Shown: piece by piece, positions 8,085-17,858 of the stretch
Layout: each line of letters begins with the position of its first letter
Position numbering within the stretch: position 1 is the stretch's first letter
Assembly (NCBI GenBank): GCA_963731995.1
Contig: CAVSXV010000004.1
Span: 576,973 to 640,972, forward strand
DNA: 64,000 nt
Source: an uncultured Chloroflexia bacterium
GTDB taxonomy: Bacteria > Chloroflexota > Limnocylindria > Limnocylindrales > CSP1-4
Direction: 5' to 3'
Made by a program: the position numbers and the translations under genes
Notes under the pieces: model-generated
Database searches by the model: none
What the model was told of the DNA's origin: nothing
What the model saw: only the letters and a program-made list of their open reading frames with translations

Positions 8085-9275
8085 ATGGTGAGACGCTCAT
8101 TCCCGGTGTTGGTGATGGTCCTCTCGCTGGTGCTGGCCGCCTCGGGCGTGGTGTGGGCCGCGGAGCCGCCGGACGACATCCCCGATGGCATGGAGTGGGA
8201 TGCGACCGAGCAGCGGCTCATCGGACACGACGAGCTTCTCGAGCGCGACGCGCAGGCACTTGCCGACCGCTTCGACTGGTCCCTCGAGTACGCCAAGGCG
8301 CGCGTGCTGACCAGCGAGCGTGCCGACAAGGCCATGGCGCGGGTGCAGCGGCTCCCGAGCTTCGCGGGCTCCTACTGGGACAACGAGGACGGCGGTGCGA
8401 TCACCTTCATGTTCAAGGACGAGGTTCCCGCTGGCGCGCTCGACGAGGTCCGGGAGCTGGCACTGGTGCCGGTCGAGGCGAAGGTAGCGGAGTACTCCAT
8501 GCGCGATCTGGAGCGCTTCCAGCGCCAGGCGAACAAGATCCTCAGGAAGACGCCGGGCGTCGGAGACTGGACGACCGCCCTCGATCCGAGCCGCCAGCTG
8601 GTGGTCGCGTCGGTCGTCGTCGACGACCCGAAGCTGAGCCGGAGCATCGAGGCCAAGGTCGGCCGGCGGGTACCGGAGGGCGTGGTGGATCTCGAGTTCA
8701 AGGTGCAGACTTCAGCGACGCGACCGCGGCAGGACGTCTGCCTCCGCGTCAGCGGCAGCGAGCCAGGCTGGACCAAGGCCATCGCCAGGGACATCACGGC
8801 GGGTACGGCGGCTGTCGATGGCGCCGGGGTGGACTGTGCCGACGCCGAGTGGTCGAGCAAACCGCGGCGGGGGGCCTGTCTGCGGGTCGTCGGCAGCGGT
8901 GAGCTCGAGACCCGTGCCATCGCGCGCCAGGTGGCCGCGGGCAAGGCGAGAGTCGTCGGCGCGGGCACGGCCTGTGGGGCGGACCCGGTGCCGCTCATCG
9001 CGGCCCCCGACACCGACGTCACGAACGTCCGCGAGATCTCGTGGCAGCGGATCGAGGTCGAACCCGGGGGTCGGACCCTGCATGTCTACTACCGCGACGG
9101 TCCCTTCGATTGTCGCGGCCTGGACCGGCTCGAGGTGTCGTCCTCGGACGCCGGCCTCGACGTGCAGGTCTTCAGCGGCTACCGCTCGGACTCGATCTCA
9201 TGTCTCGCGATCGCCGTGCCCTGGGTGGCCATCGTCACGCTCGACGAGCCGGTCGTGCTCGGTGGCGGGGACTAG
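8085..9275 (+). CDS. secreted hypothetical protein with an internal Cys-bracketed repeat
   Basis: ATG 8085 gives the signal peptide 'MVRRSFPVLVMVLSLVLAASGVVWA'. The upstream part of ORF 7314..9275 is antisense to the rhodanese gene. The repeat is 'CLRVSGSEPGWTKAIARDITAG...C' / 'CLRVVGSGELETRAIARQVAAG...C'. Confidence 0.65.
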   Translation: MVRRSFPVLVMVLSLVLAASGVVWAAEPPDDIPDGMEWDATEQRLIGHDELLERDAQALADRFDWSLEYAKARVLTSERADKAMARVQRLPSFAGSYWDNEDGGAITFMFKDEVPAGALDEVRELALVPVEAKVAEYSMRDLERFQRQANKILRKTPGVGDWTTALDPSRQLVVASVVVDDPKLSRSIEAKVGRRVPEGVVDLEFKVQTSATRPRQDVCLRVSGSEPGWTKAIARDITAGTAAVDGAGVDCADAEWSSKPRRGACLRVVGSGELETRAIARQVAAGKARVVGAGTACGADPVPLIAAPDTDVTNVREISWQRIEVEPGGRTLHVYYRDGPFDCRGLDRLEVSSSDAGLDVQVFSGYRSDSISCLAIAVPWVAIVTLDEPVVLGGGD

Positions 9276-9303
9276 CCCACATGGAGATGTCGCGGGGCTA
9301 CGT

Positions 9304-9750
9304 CTACTCCAGCTCGATCAGGGGTTTGCGGCCGGCGATGCCGGCGTCAAGCTCGTGCCAGTAGGCGATGTCGCCCTCGCCCAGCTTCCAGCACAACCAC
9401 ACGGGCCGGCCGTTGACGAGGGCCGGGAAGTCGACCAGGCCGCTGCCGATGTCGCGCAGGGTCACGCCCCACGCGTCGATCTGCACGACGGCCCGTTCCA
9501 TGCTCTTGACCGTGATGGTCATGCCTTCATGCTCGCGGGCGATGAGCACCGGATCGGCTTCGTCGGCCGCATGCAGCTGGGCCAGGCGGAGCTGGCCAGC
9601 GGCGATCTCGTCGCGCGCATCGCGGAGGGCCGCCAAGAGGGGCCGAAGCTCGGCCAGGCGGGCGTTGGCCGCGTCGATGTCGTAGTAACTGGTCACCGTC
9701 CGATTCTCGCACGCCTCCGGCTGAACGCTCGAACGGCCGGCCGCTAGCAT
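9304..9750 (-). CDS. DUF2203 family protein
   Basis: 'YYDIDAANARLAELRPLLAALRDAR' and 'GLVDFPALVNGRPVWLCWKLGEGDIAYWHELDAGIAGRKPL' match the DUF2203 pattern. An alternative GTG start lies at 9695. The rest of ORF 9304..10839 is antisense to the aminotransferase. Confidence 0.7.
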   Translation of the reverse strand: MLAAGRSSVQPEACENRTVTSYYDIDAANARLAELRPLLAALRDARDEIAAGQLRLAQLHAADEADPVLIAREHEGMTITVKSMERAVVQIDAWGVTLRDIGSGLVDFPALVNGRPVWLCWKLGEGDIAYWHELDAGIAGRKPLIELE

Positions 9751-9756
9751 CTTCGG

Positions 9757-10935
9757 ATGCAGGTAGCAGAACGCATCGGCCGGCTGGGCACTGAGTCGGC
9801 GCTGTCGACCGGGGCGCGGGTACGCGAGCTCCGTGCTGCGGGGCGGGACATCATCGCGCTCCACATCGGCGAGCCTGACTTCGACACGCCCGAGCATGTC
9901 ATCGAGGCAGCTCGCAAGGCCCTCGCCGAGGGCCACACCCACTACGCACCACCACTGGGCCTCGACGCTTTCCGTGAAGCGATCGCGGCCGACACCGCCG
10001 CCCGCCTCGGCGTGCGCGTGGAGCCGGGGCGGGTGGTCGTCACGCCCGGCGCCAAGCCGGTCCTGGGTTACGCCTTGATGGCCCTCGTGGACCCGGGTGA
10101 CGAGGTCATCGTGCCCGACCCGGGCTTCCCCATCTACGCCTCGATGGTGCGCTTCGCGGGCGGGGTGCCGGTGCCCATCCCGCTGCGTGCTGAGCTCGAC
10201 TACCGGATCGACCTCGACGAGCTGCGATCGATGGTCTCGCCGCGCACACGCGTGCTCATCGTCAACAGCCCCAGCAACCCCACCGGTGGGATGCTCACAC
10301 GCTCCGACCTCGAAGGTCTGGCCTCGATCGCGCTGGCCCATGACCTCGTCGTCCTGAGCGATGAGATCTACTCGCGCCTGGTGTACGAGGGCGAGCATCA
10401 TTCGCTGCTGCAGATCGAGGGCATGGCCGAGCGGACGGTCGTCCTCGACGGGCTCTCCAAGACCTACGCCATGACCGGCTGGCGCCTCGGTTGGGGCGTG
10501 GTACCCCCGGCATTGGTGGAGCCGTTCGAGCTCCAGATCATCAACACGGTCACCTGTACTGCAGCCTATGCCCAGCTGGCTGGAGCGGCCGCCTTGACCG
10601 GCCCCCAGGAGCCGGCCGCGGCGATGCTGGCCGAGTTCCATGAGCGTCGCCGCCTGGTCGTCGACGGGCTTGATCGCCTGCCGGGCGTCCGCGCGACCAT
10701 GCCCGCAGGTGCCTTCTACGCGTTCCCCGACGTGAGTAGGACCGGCCTCGATGGCGCGACCTTCGCCCGGCGGATGCTCGAAGAGGCCGGTGTGAGCATG
10801 ACCGCCGGCACCGACTTCGGGCAGGTCGCCATCGACCATGTGCGCATCTCGTACGCCAACTCGCAGGCGGTCCTGGCCGTCGCGCTCGAACGCATCGCCG
10901 CGTTCCTCGAGGCCGAACGCCTCGCTAGCCGCTGA
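9757..10935 (+). CDS. class I pyridoxal-phosphate-dependent (aspartate-type) aminotransferase
   Basis: 'IVNSPSNPTGG' and 'LDGLSKTYAMTGWRLGW' (PLP-lysine motif) are present. Length is 392 aa. Confidence 0.85.
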   Translation: MQVAERIGRLGTESALSTGARVRELRAAGRDIIALHIGEPDFDTPEHVIEAARKALAEGHTHYAPPLGLDAFREAIAADTAARLGVRVEPGRVVVTPGAKPVLGYALMALVDPGDEVIVPDPGFPIYASMVRFAGGVPVPIPLRAELDYRIDLDELRSMVSPRTRVLIVNSPSNPTGGMLTRSDLEGLASIALAHDLVVLSDEIYSRLVYEGEHHSLLQIEGMAERTVVLDGLSKTYAMTGWRLGWGVVPPALVEPFELQIINTVTCTAAYAQLAGAAALTGPQEPAAAMLAEFHERRRLVVDGLDRLPGVRATMPAGAFYAFPDVSRTGLDGATFARRMLEEAGVSMTAGTDFGQVAIDHVRISYANSQAVLAVALERIAAFLEAERLASR

Positions 10936-11443
10936 GCGCTTCGAGGATGTCTCCCACGACCGCCTCGATCCCCGACTCGTCGGTGTCGATGGTCAGGCTC
11001 GCCAGCTCTCGGTAGATCCCGTCGCGCTCCGCGTGGCGCGCTTCCAGCCAGGTGAGGTCCGTGGCGTCGTCGCGGCGGCCGTGGCCCGCGCCGATCCGGG
11101 CTCGCAGTGTGTCGGGCTGAGCACGCAGGTAGACCACCATCGGCGTTGCCCGCAGCAGCGCCACCGAGTCTGGGTCGGTGGCCACCCAGGCCGCGGCTGC
11201 GGCGATGAGCGGGGGAGGGACACCCAGGGCGTATCGCAGCGCGTCGGCTTCGGCGGCATGCAGCGCGTCCTCGCCGTCGGTGGCAGCGATCCGTTCGGGC
11301 GCGCGCCCGGCCACGGTCCGTACGAGCTCGTCGTTGTCCATGTAGCGCCAGCCGGTGCGTGCGGCCAGCGCACGGCCCACGGTCGTCTTGCCCGAGCCCA
11401 TCATGCCCAAGAGTACGACGGTGGCGGGTCTGATCGGTAGCAT
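10925..11443 (-). CDS. aroK: shikimate kinase
   Basis: P-loop 'VLLGMMGSGKTTVGRALA' followed by 'YMDNDELV'. Size is 172 aa. Confidence 0.8.
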   Translation of the reverse strand: MLPIRPATVVLLGMMGSGKTTVGRALAARTGWRYMDNDELVRTVAGRAPERIAATDGEDALHAAEADALRYALGVPPPLIAAAAAWVATDPDSVALLRATPMVVYLRAQPDTLRARIGAGHGRRDDATDLTWLEARHAERDGIYRELASLTIDTDESGIEAVVGDILEALSG

Positions 11444-11509
11444 CAGCGCAACTCTACGGCGTTCGGGCCTGGTGGTCGGTACGCCGGCGCGACCTCGTAG
11501 ACTGTCGGC

Positions 11510-11845
11510 GTGCTCATCATCCGTCTCGCCGGGCTCTTCTTCGCCTTCATCCAGATCTCGCTCGTGCTGCGCCTGGTGCTGCCCTTCGTGGAGGTGCCCG
11601 AGGCGCTTCTCGAGTACGTGCCGGCCCTGCTCGACGTGACCGACGTGTGGCTGCTGCCGGTCGACGTCATCGGCGAGCGCTTCGAGATCACCGGCGTTGC
11701 GGAGGACCTGGCCGCGGTCGGCGATGCCTCCGTCACCGGTCCTGAGGAGTTCGAGCCGCTGGTCCTCGCGGCCATGCTCTTCTGGGGCGTGGTCGCCTGG
11801 TTCTCGCTCTTCGTGCTGCGGCTGATCTTCCGGCCGGCCGGGTAA
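11510..11845 (+). CDS. small membrane protein, YggT-like
   Basis: GTG start. Two hydrophobic segments are present ('LFFAFIQISLVLRLVLPFV', 'LAAMLFWGVVAWFSLFVLRLIF'). The family call is weak. Confidence 0.45.
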   Translation: MLIIRLAGLFFAFIQISLVLRLVLPFVEVPEALLEYVPALLDVTDVWLLPVDVIGERFEITGVAEDLAAVGDASVTGPEEFEPLVLAAMLFWGVVAWFSLFVLRLIFRPAG

Positions 11846-11941
11846 GGCGCGGCGCAGGCCGCTGTTCGGCGCTTGGTCAGGGACGGAGCGGTACCTTCGG
11901 GTACGGTCTCGTGCGGTGGCGGAACCGTAGGCTCATCGGTG

Positions 11942-13471
11942 ATGGCCCAGCACGAGATGCCGGCCGCGTCTGCCGAGTCTGCCGACGCCCGCCAAGCCGA
12001 CCCCAGCGACCAGCCTCTCGCGAGCCCTCGCTCGTCACGCTGGGCCATCTCACGCGGCTCGTTGGTCGCTTTCATGGCGGTGCTCCTGCCAGCCGCGGCC
12101 TCTCTGCTGGCGCCCGTGCTCACCGAGGACATCGCCTACCACTTGCGCTCAGGCGCGCACATGCTCGAGACCCGTGCGCTGCTCGACGCGGACCTCTTCA
12201 CCTTCACCGTCGCGGGCGATGCCTGGCTGAACCAGCAATGGGCCGCGAGCGTCCTCTTCGCGGCGGTCTACGACGTCGCTGGCTGGCTGGGCCTGCTGAT
12301 CCTGCGCTCGGTGCTCATCGGAGCCGCCTTCGGGCTGGTCTACCTCGCCTGTCGGGCCAGCCAGGCCAACCGCATCGTGGCTTCGCTGGTGACCCTCGGT
12401 GCGTTCGTGGTGGCGGCCACCAACCTCGCTCTGCGCTCGCAGCTGTTCGGGGTCGTCTTCTTCGCGGGGGTGCTGGCGATCCTGGCCTGGCGTCGGAAGC
12501 ACCCGTGGCTGCTGGTGCTCATCCCGCTCTTGATGGTGGCCTGGGCCAACACGCATGGCTCGTTCTTCATCGGCTGGGCCGCGATCGGGGTGGCCTTCCT
12601 CGAGGACCTCGTCGCCCGAAGACGGCTGGCCGCCGCGACCTTCGCGGTCGGCGTCCTGAGCGTGCTCGCCACGCTGGTCACGCCGTGGGGCGCGGAGATG
12701 TGGGTCTACGTCGTGGATCTCTCCTCCAACCCCGTCGTCGCTGCTCTCGTGAGCGAGTGGCAGGCTCCCACGCTCGGCTCGGCGACCGGGATCTTCTTCT
12801 TCGCCTCGGTCGCGCTGGTGGTCGGCTTGCTGCTGTATCGCGGTCGCGTCATCTCGTGGCTGCAAGTGCTCTGGCTCGGGGGTCTCGTCCTGCTCAGCCT
12901 GATGGCTGCCCGCAGCGTCGTCTGGTGGGCACTTGGCGCCGCCCCGGTGGTGGCGTTGCTCCTGAGTGGCCTGGAGGTCCGCGGTCACCGGGTCGGCGAT
13001 CCCGCCTACGACGAACCCCGCGGCATCGGCTACACCGCCATCGCCGGGCTGCTCATCGTGCTCACGCTCGCGGTCGTGCCCTTCTACCGCCCGAGCGACC
13101 CGCTCTACGGTCCCGAAGGTGTCGTCCAGCACGCGCCACGCGGGGTGACCGAGGCCCTCGCGGCCGAAGCAGGCCCCGGCGACCGGCTCTACGCTGCCCA
13201 GCGATGGGGTTCGTGGTTGGAGTTCGCGCTTCCCGGGGTGCCGGTGATGGTCGACACGCGCATCGAGCTCTTCGACAGCGAGATCTGGTCCGACTACCTG
13301 GCGGTCGCGAGTGGGCGGTCTGACTGGTCGGAGGTCCTGGAGCGCTGGGGCGTCACTCTCATCGCAGCCGAAGCCGGGAACCAGGACCTGCTCCCGTTCG
13401 TCGAGGCCGATGATCGCTGGCAGCGGGTGCACGCCGACGATGAAGGCGCCGTCTACCGGAAGGTGCGGTAG
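11942..13471 (+). CDS. polytopic integral membrane protein (GT-C-like glycosyltransferase fold suspected)
   Basis: More than 10 hydrophobic helices are followed by a soluble C-terminal domain. 'DIAYHLRSGAHMLETRALLDADLFTFTVAGDAWLNQQW' sits near the N-terminus. ORF 11873..13471; ATG 11942 chosen. Confidence 0.55.
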   Translation: MAQHEMPAASAESADARQADPSDQPLASPRSSRWAISRGSLVAFMAVLLPAAASLLAPVLTEDIAYHLRSGAHMLETRALLDADLFTFTVAGDAWLNQQWAASVLFAAVYDVAGWLGLLILRSVLIGAAFGLVYLACRASQANRIVASLVTLGAFVVAATNLALRSQLFGVVFFAGVLAILAWRRKHPWLLVLIPLLMVAWANTHGSFFIGWAAIGVAFLEDLVARRRLAAATFAVGVLSVLATLVTPWGAEMWVYVVDLSSNPVVAALVSEWQAPTLGSATGIFFFASVALVVGLLLYRGRVISWLQVLWLGGLVLLSLMAARSVVWWALGAAPVVALLLSGLEVRGHRVGDPAYDEPRGIGYTAIAGLLIVLTLAVVPFYRPSDPLYGPEGVVQHAPRGVTEALAAEAGPGDRLYAAQRWGSWLEFALPGVPVMVDTRIELFDSEIWSDYLAVASGRSDWSEVLERWGVTLIAAEAGNQDLLPFVEADDRWQRVHADDEGAVYRKVR

Positions 13472-13534
13472 GGAGTCTCCGCTCGCACCAGGTGCACATG
13501 CCGGGGACCGACTCACCGGGCCCGGCGACCGGAC

Positions 13535-14065
13535 CTAGTTGGCGGCGGACTGGTTCAGGACCTGCTTGAGCTCGGCGTTGTAGGTGCGGCCCGCCATGGT
13601 GCGGCTCAGCCACTCGACGTAGTTGCGGTCATAGGCCGCGACCTGCGAGATCGACCAGCCACGATAGCGACCGAAGGAGAGCACGCTGCCCTTGGCCACC
13701 GGATAGCGCGGCGGCGGACCGGCTTCGCCGTACGAGGCTGAGGCTGGCGTGGGCTCGGCCTTGGGACGGATCGACCACGTACCACCCTCGTACTTCAGGT
13801 TGGTGGCGCCGGGCATCGACTGCCGCTCGTGGCCCACCACCTGCCCGGTCTTGGAGACACCGATGATCTCGTCGTATCGAGCACGCTTCTCGGGGTTCGA
13901 GAGGATGGCGAAGGCCTCGTTGATCTGGGCCATCGTCTCGGAGGCCTCGGGACCAGCGTGGTCGGGGTGAAACTGCTTGGCCAAGGCGCGATAGACCGCG
14001 TTGATCACCTCGAGGGTGGCGGTCGGGTGCAGCATCAGCACTTCATACAGCGTCCGCTCCGTCAT
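13535..14065 (-). CDS. J-domain protein with a DUF3820-like C-terminus
   Basis: The J domain reads 'LYEVLMLHPTATLEVINAVYRALAKQFHPDHAG...EAFAILSNPEKRARYD' (HPD motif). The C-terminal 'FGRYRGWSISQVAAYDRNYVEWL' resembles DUF3820. Confidence 0.75.
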   Translation of the reverse strand: MTERTLYEVLMLHPTATLEVINAVYRALAKQFHPDHAGPEASETMAQINEAFAILSNPEKRARYDEIIGVSKTGQVVGHERQSMPGATNLKYEGGTWSIRPKAEPTPASASYGEAGPPPRYPVAKGSVLSFGRYRGWSISQVAAYDRNYVEWLSRTMAGRTYNAELKQVLNQSAAN

Positions 14066-14216
14066 GTGGTGACTCTAGCGGGCGGAAACGCCCGCTCGTA
14101 CTAACCCTTTCGTCATGACCCCACCGCTCGCTACCCGTACCATCGATACCGGCGCGGCCGCTGGGAGGCTGACGCTCGTTCGCGCGGGCACCACCAGCGA
14201 GAAGCGGGTCACGGCG

Positions 14217-15302
14217 CTAGATGAATGAGGGCGTCGTCACCAGCATCTCGAGGTCGCCACTGATGGTCGTGGCAGCGGTGCCGCCGAGGATCGTGAAGGT
14301 GTCGCCGGCCTTCAGCTCCAACGCTCCGTGCGCGGTTTCGGCCAGGCCTGAGCCCGCGGTCACGATGTTGACCGAATAGGCCCCGGCATAGGGCCAGGCG
14401 ACCGAGCCCTTCACGGTCAGGCGGAACCCCTTGAAGTAGGGATCGCTCTGCGAACCCCAGATGTCGTCAGCGGTCCAACCCTCGGTCTCGTTGCCGGCCA
14501 CGCGCCGAGGCTGTCCGCAGAGTACGCCCAACTCATCGGATGTGACCGCGGCGCTGTCGATGACCTGCAGCATCGTGTCCCAGCCCCGATGCATGTGCGC
14601 GATGTCGGGATCGATGGGGTAGCCCGCGTACTCGGCCATGATGCTGAAGTCGGTCGGCTCCTGTGCTTCGACGAGGAAGACCCCGGCGCCGGTGGCGTGC
14701 AGCAGTCCGGGACGCACGAAGACCGCATCACCGGGCGCCACCTCGACCTCGTTCATGGCCCCGCGCATCGCCTCGGTGTCCTGCGCCTCGATCCAGGCGC
14801 GTACCTGTTCGGCCGAGACATCGTCGCGGAAGCCGAGCCAGACGCGGGGTGACGGTGCGCCCTCGATCTGGCGCGTGGCCGCGATGTACCACGCCTCGGC
14901 CTTGCCGAACTGCGAGTCGAAGATCTGGCGGGCGAGGTCGCGCGTCGGGTGCACGTGCACGGGCAGCCGGGACCCCGCGTCGAGCAGCTTGACCAGCAGC
15001 GCGGTGGTGACGCCATAGCGCTCGACGATCCTCGTGCCCGCGACGTCCCGGGGTCGCTCCTGCAGCAGGTCAGCGATGACGTAGTCCCGGCCACCGACTT
15101 CGACGGTACTGAGGCCTTCGCCTTCGTAGGTGTGCTCGGGGGGATTGATGGCGGGCGTGGTGGAGCCGACCCAGTCCTCGGGGAACATCGTGTCCTCAGG
15201 CGAGGGCAAGCCCCGGAAGCGGTCCATGAGACCGCCGCCCTTGTAGAAGCGGTAGACGCGGTTGGGAGCCAGTCGAAGCGGAAGGTGAAGCAGCTCGTCC
15301 AT
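14217..15302 (-). CDS. manA: type I mannose-6-phosphate isomerase
   Basis: 'LLVKLLDAGSRLPVHVHP', 'GKAEAWYI' and 'PGDAVFVRPGLLHATG' are the metal-binding and cupin motifs of class I PMI. Confidence 0.8.
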   Translation of the reverse strand: MDELLHLPLRLAPNRVYRFYKGGGLMDRFRGLPSPEDTMFPEDWVGSTTPAINPPEHTYEGEGLSTVEVGGRDYVIADLLQERPRDVAGTRIVERYGVTTALLVKLLDAGSRLPVHVHPTRDLARQIFDSQFGKAEAWYIAATRQIEGAPSPRVWLGFRDDVSAEQVRAWIEAQDTEAMRGAMNEVEVAPGDAVFVRPGLLHATGAGVFLVEAQEPTDFSIMAEYAGYPIDPDIAHMHRGWDTMLQVIDSAAVTSDELGVLCGQPRRVAGNETEGWTADDIWGSQSDPYFKGFRLTVKGSVAWPYAGAYSVNIVTAGSGLAETAHGALELKAGDTFTILGGTAATTISGDLEMLVTTPSFI

Positions 15303-15366
15303 GACGACACGATGCCATAGGCGAATGGCCTGCGAGAGGCCGGAGCGCCCGGATCGCGTAGAGGGC

Positions 15367-16008
15367 CTAGGACTCGCTGTCCGCTGTCGCCTCGGGCGCT
15401 TGGTCAGCCGCTACGGCGTCGTCTTCAGCCGCGACCGGCTCGAAGAACTCGACGGACTCGGCCACGGTCACCCAGAACGGCTCGTCGGCCTGCCTCGAGG
15501 CACACGTCAGGAGGTAGCGTGCGAAGGTGCCGTCCTCGGCGGGTGGGCCGTCGAAGAGGTACATCCCCCGGATGCGGCCTGTCGAGGAATCGAAGATCTC
15601 GATGCGGTAGGCAGGGCCCGCGGGGATCTCCGTCTCGGCCACGACCATCGCAGCCTCGGCGCTCTCGCTCTGCTGGAGGTAGTTGACGTAGGCGTAGGCG
15701 TGCTCTTCGAGCGCCGAGGTCATGTCCAGGTAGGCATCGACGTCACACCACATGCCGTCGCCACCGTTGGCCAGCATGACCGTGGTCTCCATGATCGGGT
15801 CGCCGGCGGCGTCGGTGAGGGCCGAGATGCGTTCGCCCTCGAGCAAGCTCAGGTGCCAGTCGGCAGGAACGTCGACCGCGAACCCGAGCTCGGCCGACTC
15901 GGCACGCTGGGTCGCCGCATCGGGCGCGGGAGTCTCGTCGGCAGCCAGGGCCGGGGTAGCTCCAAGGAACAGGGTCATGGCCAGAGCGGTCGGGATGGTT
16001 CGTCGCAT
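15367..16008 (-). CDS. secreted hypothetical protein
   Basis: Signal peptide 'MRRTIPTALAMTLFLGATPALAADE'. The mature part is acidic. No family was recognised. Confidence 0.6.
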   Translation of the reverse strand: MRRTIPTALAMTLFLGATPALAADETPAPDAATQRAESAELGFAVDVPADWHLSLLEGERISALTDAAGDPIMETTVMLANGGDGMWCDVDAYLDMTSALEEHAYAYVNYLQQSESAEAAMVVAETEIPAGPAYRIEIFDSSTGRIRGMYLFDGPPAEDGTFARYLLTCASRQADEPFWVTVAESVEFFEPVAAEDDAVAADQAPEATADSES

Positions 16009-16106
16009 CGTGATATCCCTTCTAGGCGTGGGCTCGTATCAACCGTCGACGCTAGCCTGCCACAACCACGGCATCGACCTCGTAGCGTGGCGCTACCATC
16101 GGCGCA

Positions 16107-16523
16107 ATGCGCCCATTCCGAGCCTTCTTCGCCGCGCTGCCTCGCCTCCTGGCCGATGAGTCGTTCCGCGCGGCCTTCGCGATGCTGGTCGCACTGATGG
16201 CCGTGGGCACCGCGTTCTACATGATCGTCGAGGGCTGGGGTCTGATCGACAGTCTCTACTTTGCCGTCATCGCGGCCTCCACCGTGGGCTTCGGGGACTA
16301 CGTGCCGACCACGGACCTGGGGAAGTTGTTCACCATCGTCTACGTGCTCGCGGGCGTCGGCCTGCTGGTGATGATCCTGGGGCGGATCGCGACCGGCATG
16401 GTCGACGTCCATCTCGAGGAGCGGGCCGACGCCGAGCCACGCCCGCCGCGGCGCCGTGTTCGGGCACGTCGGCGGGACACTGGCTCGTCTGACGACAGCG
16501 CGGGCACGACCGACGACGACTGA
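16107..16523 (+). CDS. minimal two-TM potassium channel (KcsA-like pore)
   Basis: Selectivity filter 'ASTVGFGDY' lies between two TM helices. The C-terminal tail is Arg-rich and acidic. No RCK domain is present. Confidence 0.75.
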   Translation: MRPFRAFFAALPRLLADESFRAAFAMLVALMAVGTAFYMIVEGWGLIDSLYFAVIAASTVGFGDYVPTTDLGKLFTIVYVLAGVGLLVMILGRIATGMVDVHLEERADAEPRPPRRRVRARRRDTGSSDDSAGTTDDD

Positions 16524-16548
16524 GGGAGTCCGCAGCGCGGACTCCCTC
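16522..16548. terminator. perfect 12-bp hairpin between convergent genes
   Basis: 'gagggagtccgc' (16522-16533), loop 'agc', then 'gcggactccctc' (16537-16548). There is no U-tract. It sits between the stops of the channel gene and the DUF4397 gene. Confidence 0.5.
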
Positions 16549-16562
16549 AGGCTGTTCGCGGG

Positions 16563-17858
16563 CTACGACGTGGCGTCGACCAGCAGAACGACCCCGAAGG
16601 TGCCATCGGCAGGGGAGCCGATAGCGTAGGCGCTGTAGTTCGTGCCCTTTTCGAGCGAGACTGCCGGCAGGTCGGCGATGACGCTCTTCTTGCCCGGTTT
16701 GCGGACGTCCAGGTCGTAGTCGCCCGCCTTCAGGGTCAGGTACTTGCCGACATCCTTGTAGGAGACCTTCTTGGCGATCGCGTCCTTGGGCTTGGCGCCG
16801 TCGGGAGCGATGTCGACCTTGGGTGCGTCAGCGCTCAGATGACCCAGGCGAAGCTTCGCTCGGTTGGCCTTGGTCACGGTGTTGTCCTTGACGACCGTGG
16901 CGTCGATGTTTGCGAGGTCATTACTCGCGATGATGGTCGTACGCGTCCCACCCTCGAAGGGCAGGGTCGCATCGATGACGACCGGGCTCTCCTCGAGCGA
17001 GCCGCCCGACGGGATGATCTGGATCTGGTTCTCTCCGACCGGCACGGTGAGATAGGGCGAGCTCAGCCCGAACGGCAGGTTCCCGAAGACCCGAACGCCG
17101 TTGATGACGACGTCGATCGGCGGTGCATCTGGTGATCCGTGGAGGATGCGCACCTGTGCCGTGGTAGGGACGGAGGCGTCGAGCGCTGGGACGACGGTGA
17201 ACGTTCCTGCTTCGAGACTGCCGACCGCGAACGCGCTGGAGCTCGTTCCGGCGGCGAACTCGAGCGGCGGCAGTGTGACCACCGCGTCGGGGCTGCCGGT
17301 GGCTCGAACCTCGAGCTCGTAGCTGCCGGGGGGCAGGTTCGCGTAGCCGGAGTCATCCGGATATGCCAGGTTGGTGATGATGGGGTCACCGCCGACAGGT
17401 GCGATGTCGACCGGCGGGGCGTCGAACGCGAAATGGACGACGCGTGCCTGGGCCTCCGTCGGGCTGGGGTTGGGATCGTCGATCACCGACTGCGGGACGA
17501 TGCCGTCCGCGAGGCTGCCAGTGGCCGCCACGGTGGTGGCTGTACCCGCTTCGAACGTGATCGGGGCATCGATGACCACCGGACCCTCGTCGAGCGTCGC
17601 GCCCGCGGGCACGACCTGGATCTGATACTCGGCTCCCGGGACCTCCAGGTAGTCGGTGATGGAGCCGAACTCCAGCCCCTCCACGATGCGATCGCCGTTG
17701 GCGTACACGTCCACGGCCGGTGCATCGCCGGAGCCGTGAAGGACGCGCACCTTGGCGTTCTCGCCCTGGGCCGCTGTTGCCGCCGGCATGGCCAGGAGTG
17801 CCGCAAGTGCTAACGAGCTGGCGAGCACCTTGGCACTGTGGATGGTCGATCGGGGCAT
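16563..17858 (-). CDS. secreted DUF4397 repeat protein
   Basis: A signal peptide is followed by four repeats of the type 'VRVLHGSGDAPAVDVYANG', 'ARVVHFAFDAPPVDIAP', 'VRILHGSPDAPPIDVVING' and 'LRLGHLSADAPKVDIAP'. GGAGGA precedes the ATG. Confidence 0.8.
   Translation of the reverse strand: MPRSTIHSAKVLASSLALAALLAMPAATAAQGENAKVRVLHGSGDAPAVDVYANGDRIVEGLEFGSITDYLEVPGAEYQIQVVPAGATLDEGPVVIDAPITFEAGTATTVAATGSLADGIVPQSVIDDPNPSPTEAQARVVHFAFDAPPVDIAPVGGDPIITNLAYPDDSGYANLPPGSYELEVRATGSPDAVVTLPPLEFAAGTSSSAFAVGSLEAGTFTVVPALDASVPTTAQVRILHGSPDAPPIDVVINGVRVFGNLPFGLSSPYLTVPVGENQIQIIPSGGSLEESPVVIDATLPFEGGTRTTIIASNDLANIDATVVKDNTVTKANRAKLRLGHLSADAPKVDIAPDGAKPKDAIAKKVSYKDVGKYLTLKAGDYDLDVRKPGKKSVIADLPAVSLEKGTNYSAYAIGSPADGTFGVVLLVDATS

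Noticed and set aside
9751-10839. Upstream 360 codons of ORF 9304..10839.
   Set aside because: This part is antisense to the aminotransferase gene. DUF2203 similarity is confined to the last ~130-149 codons.
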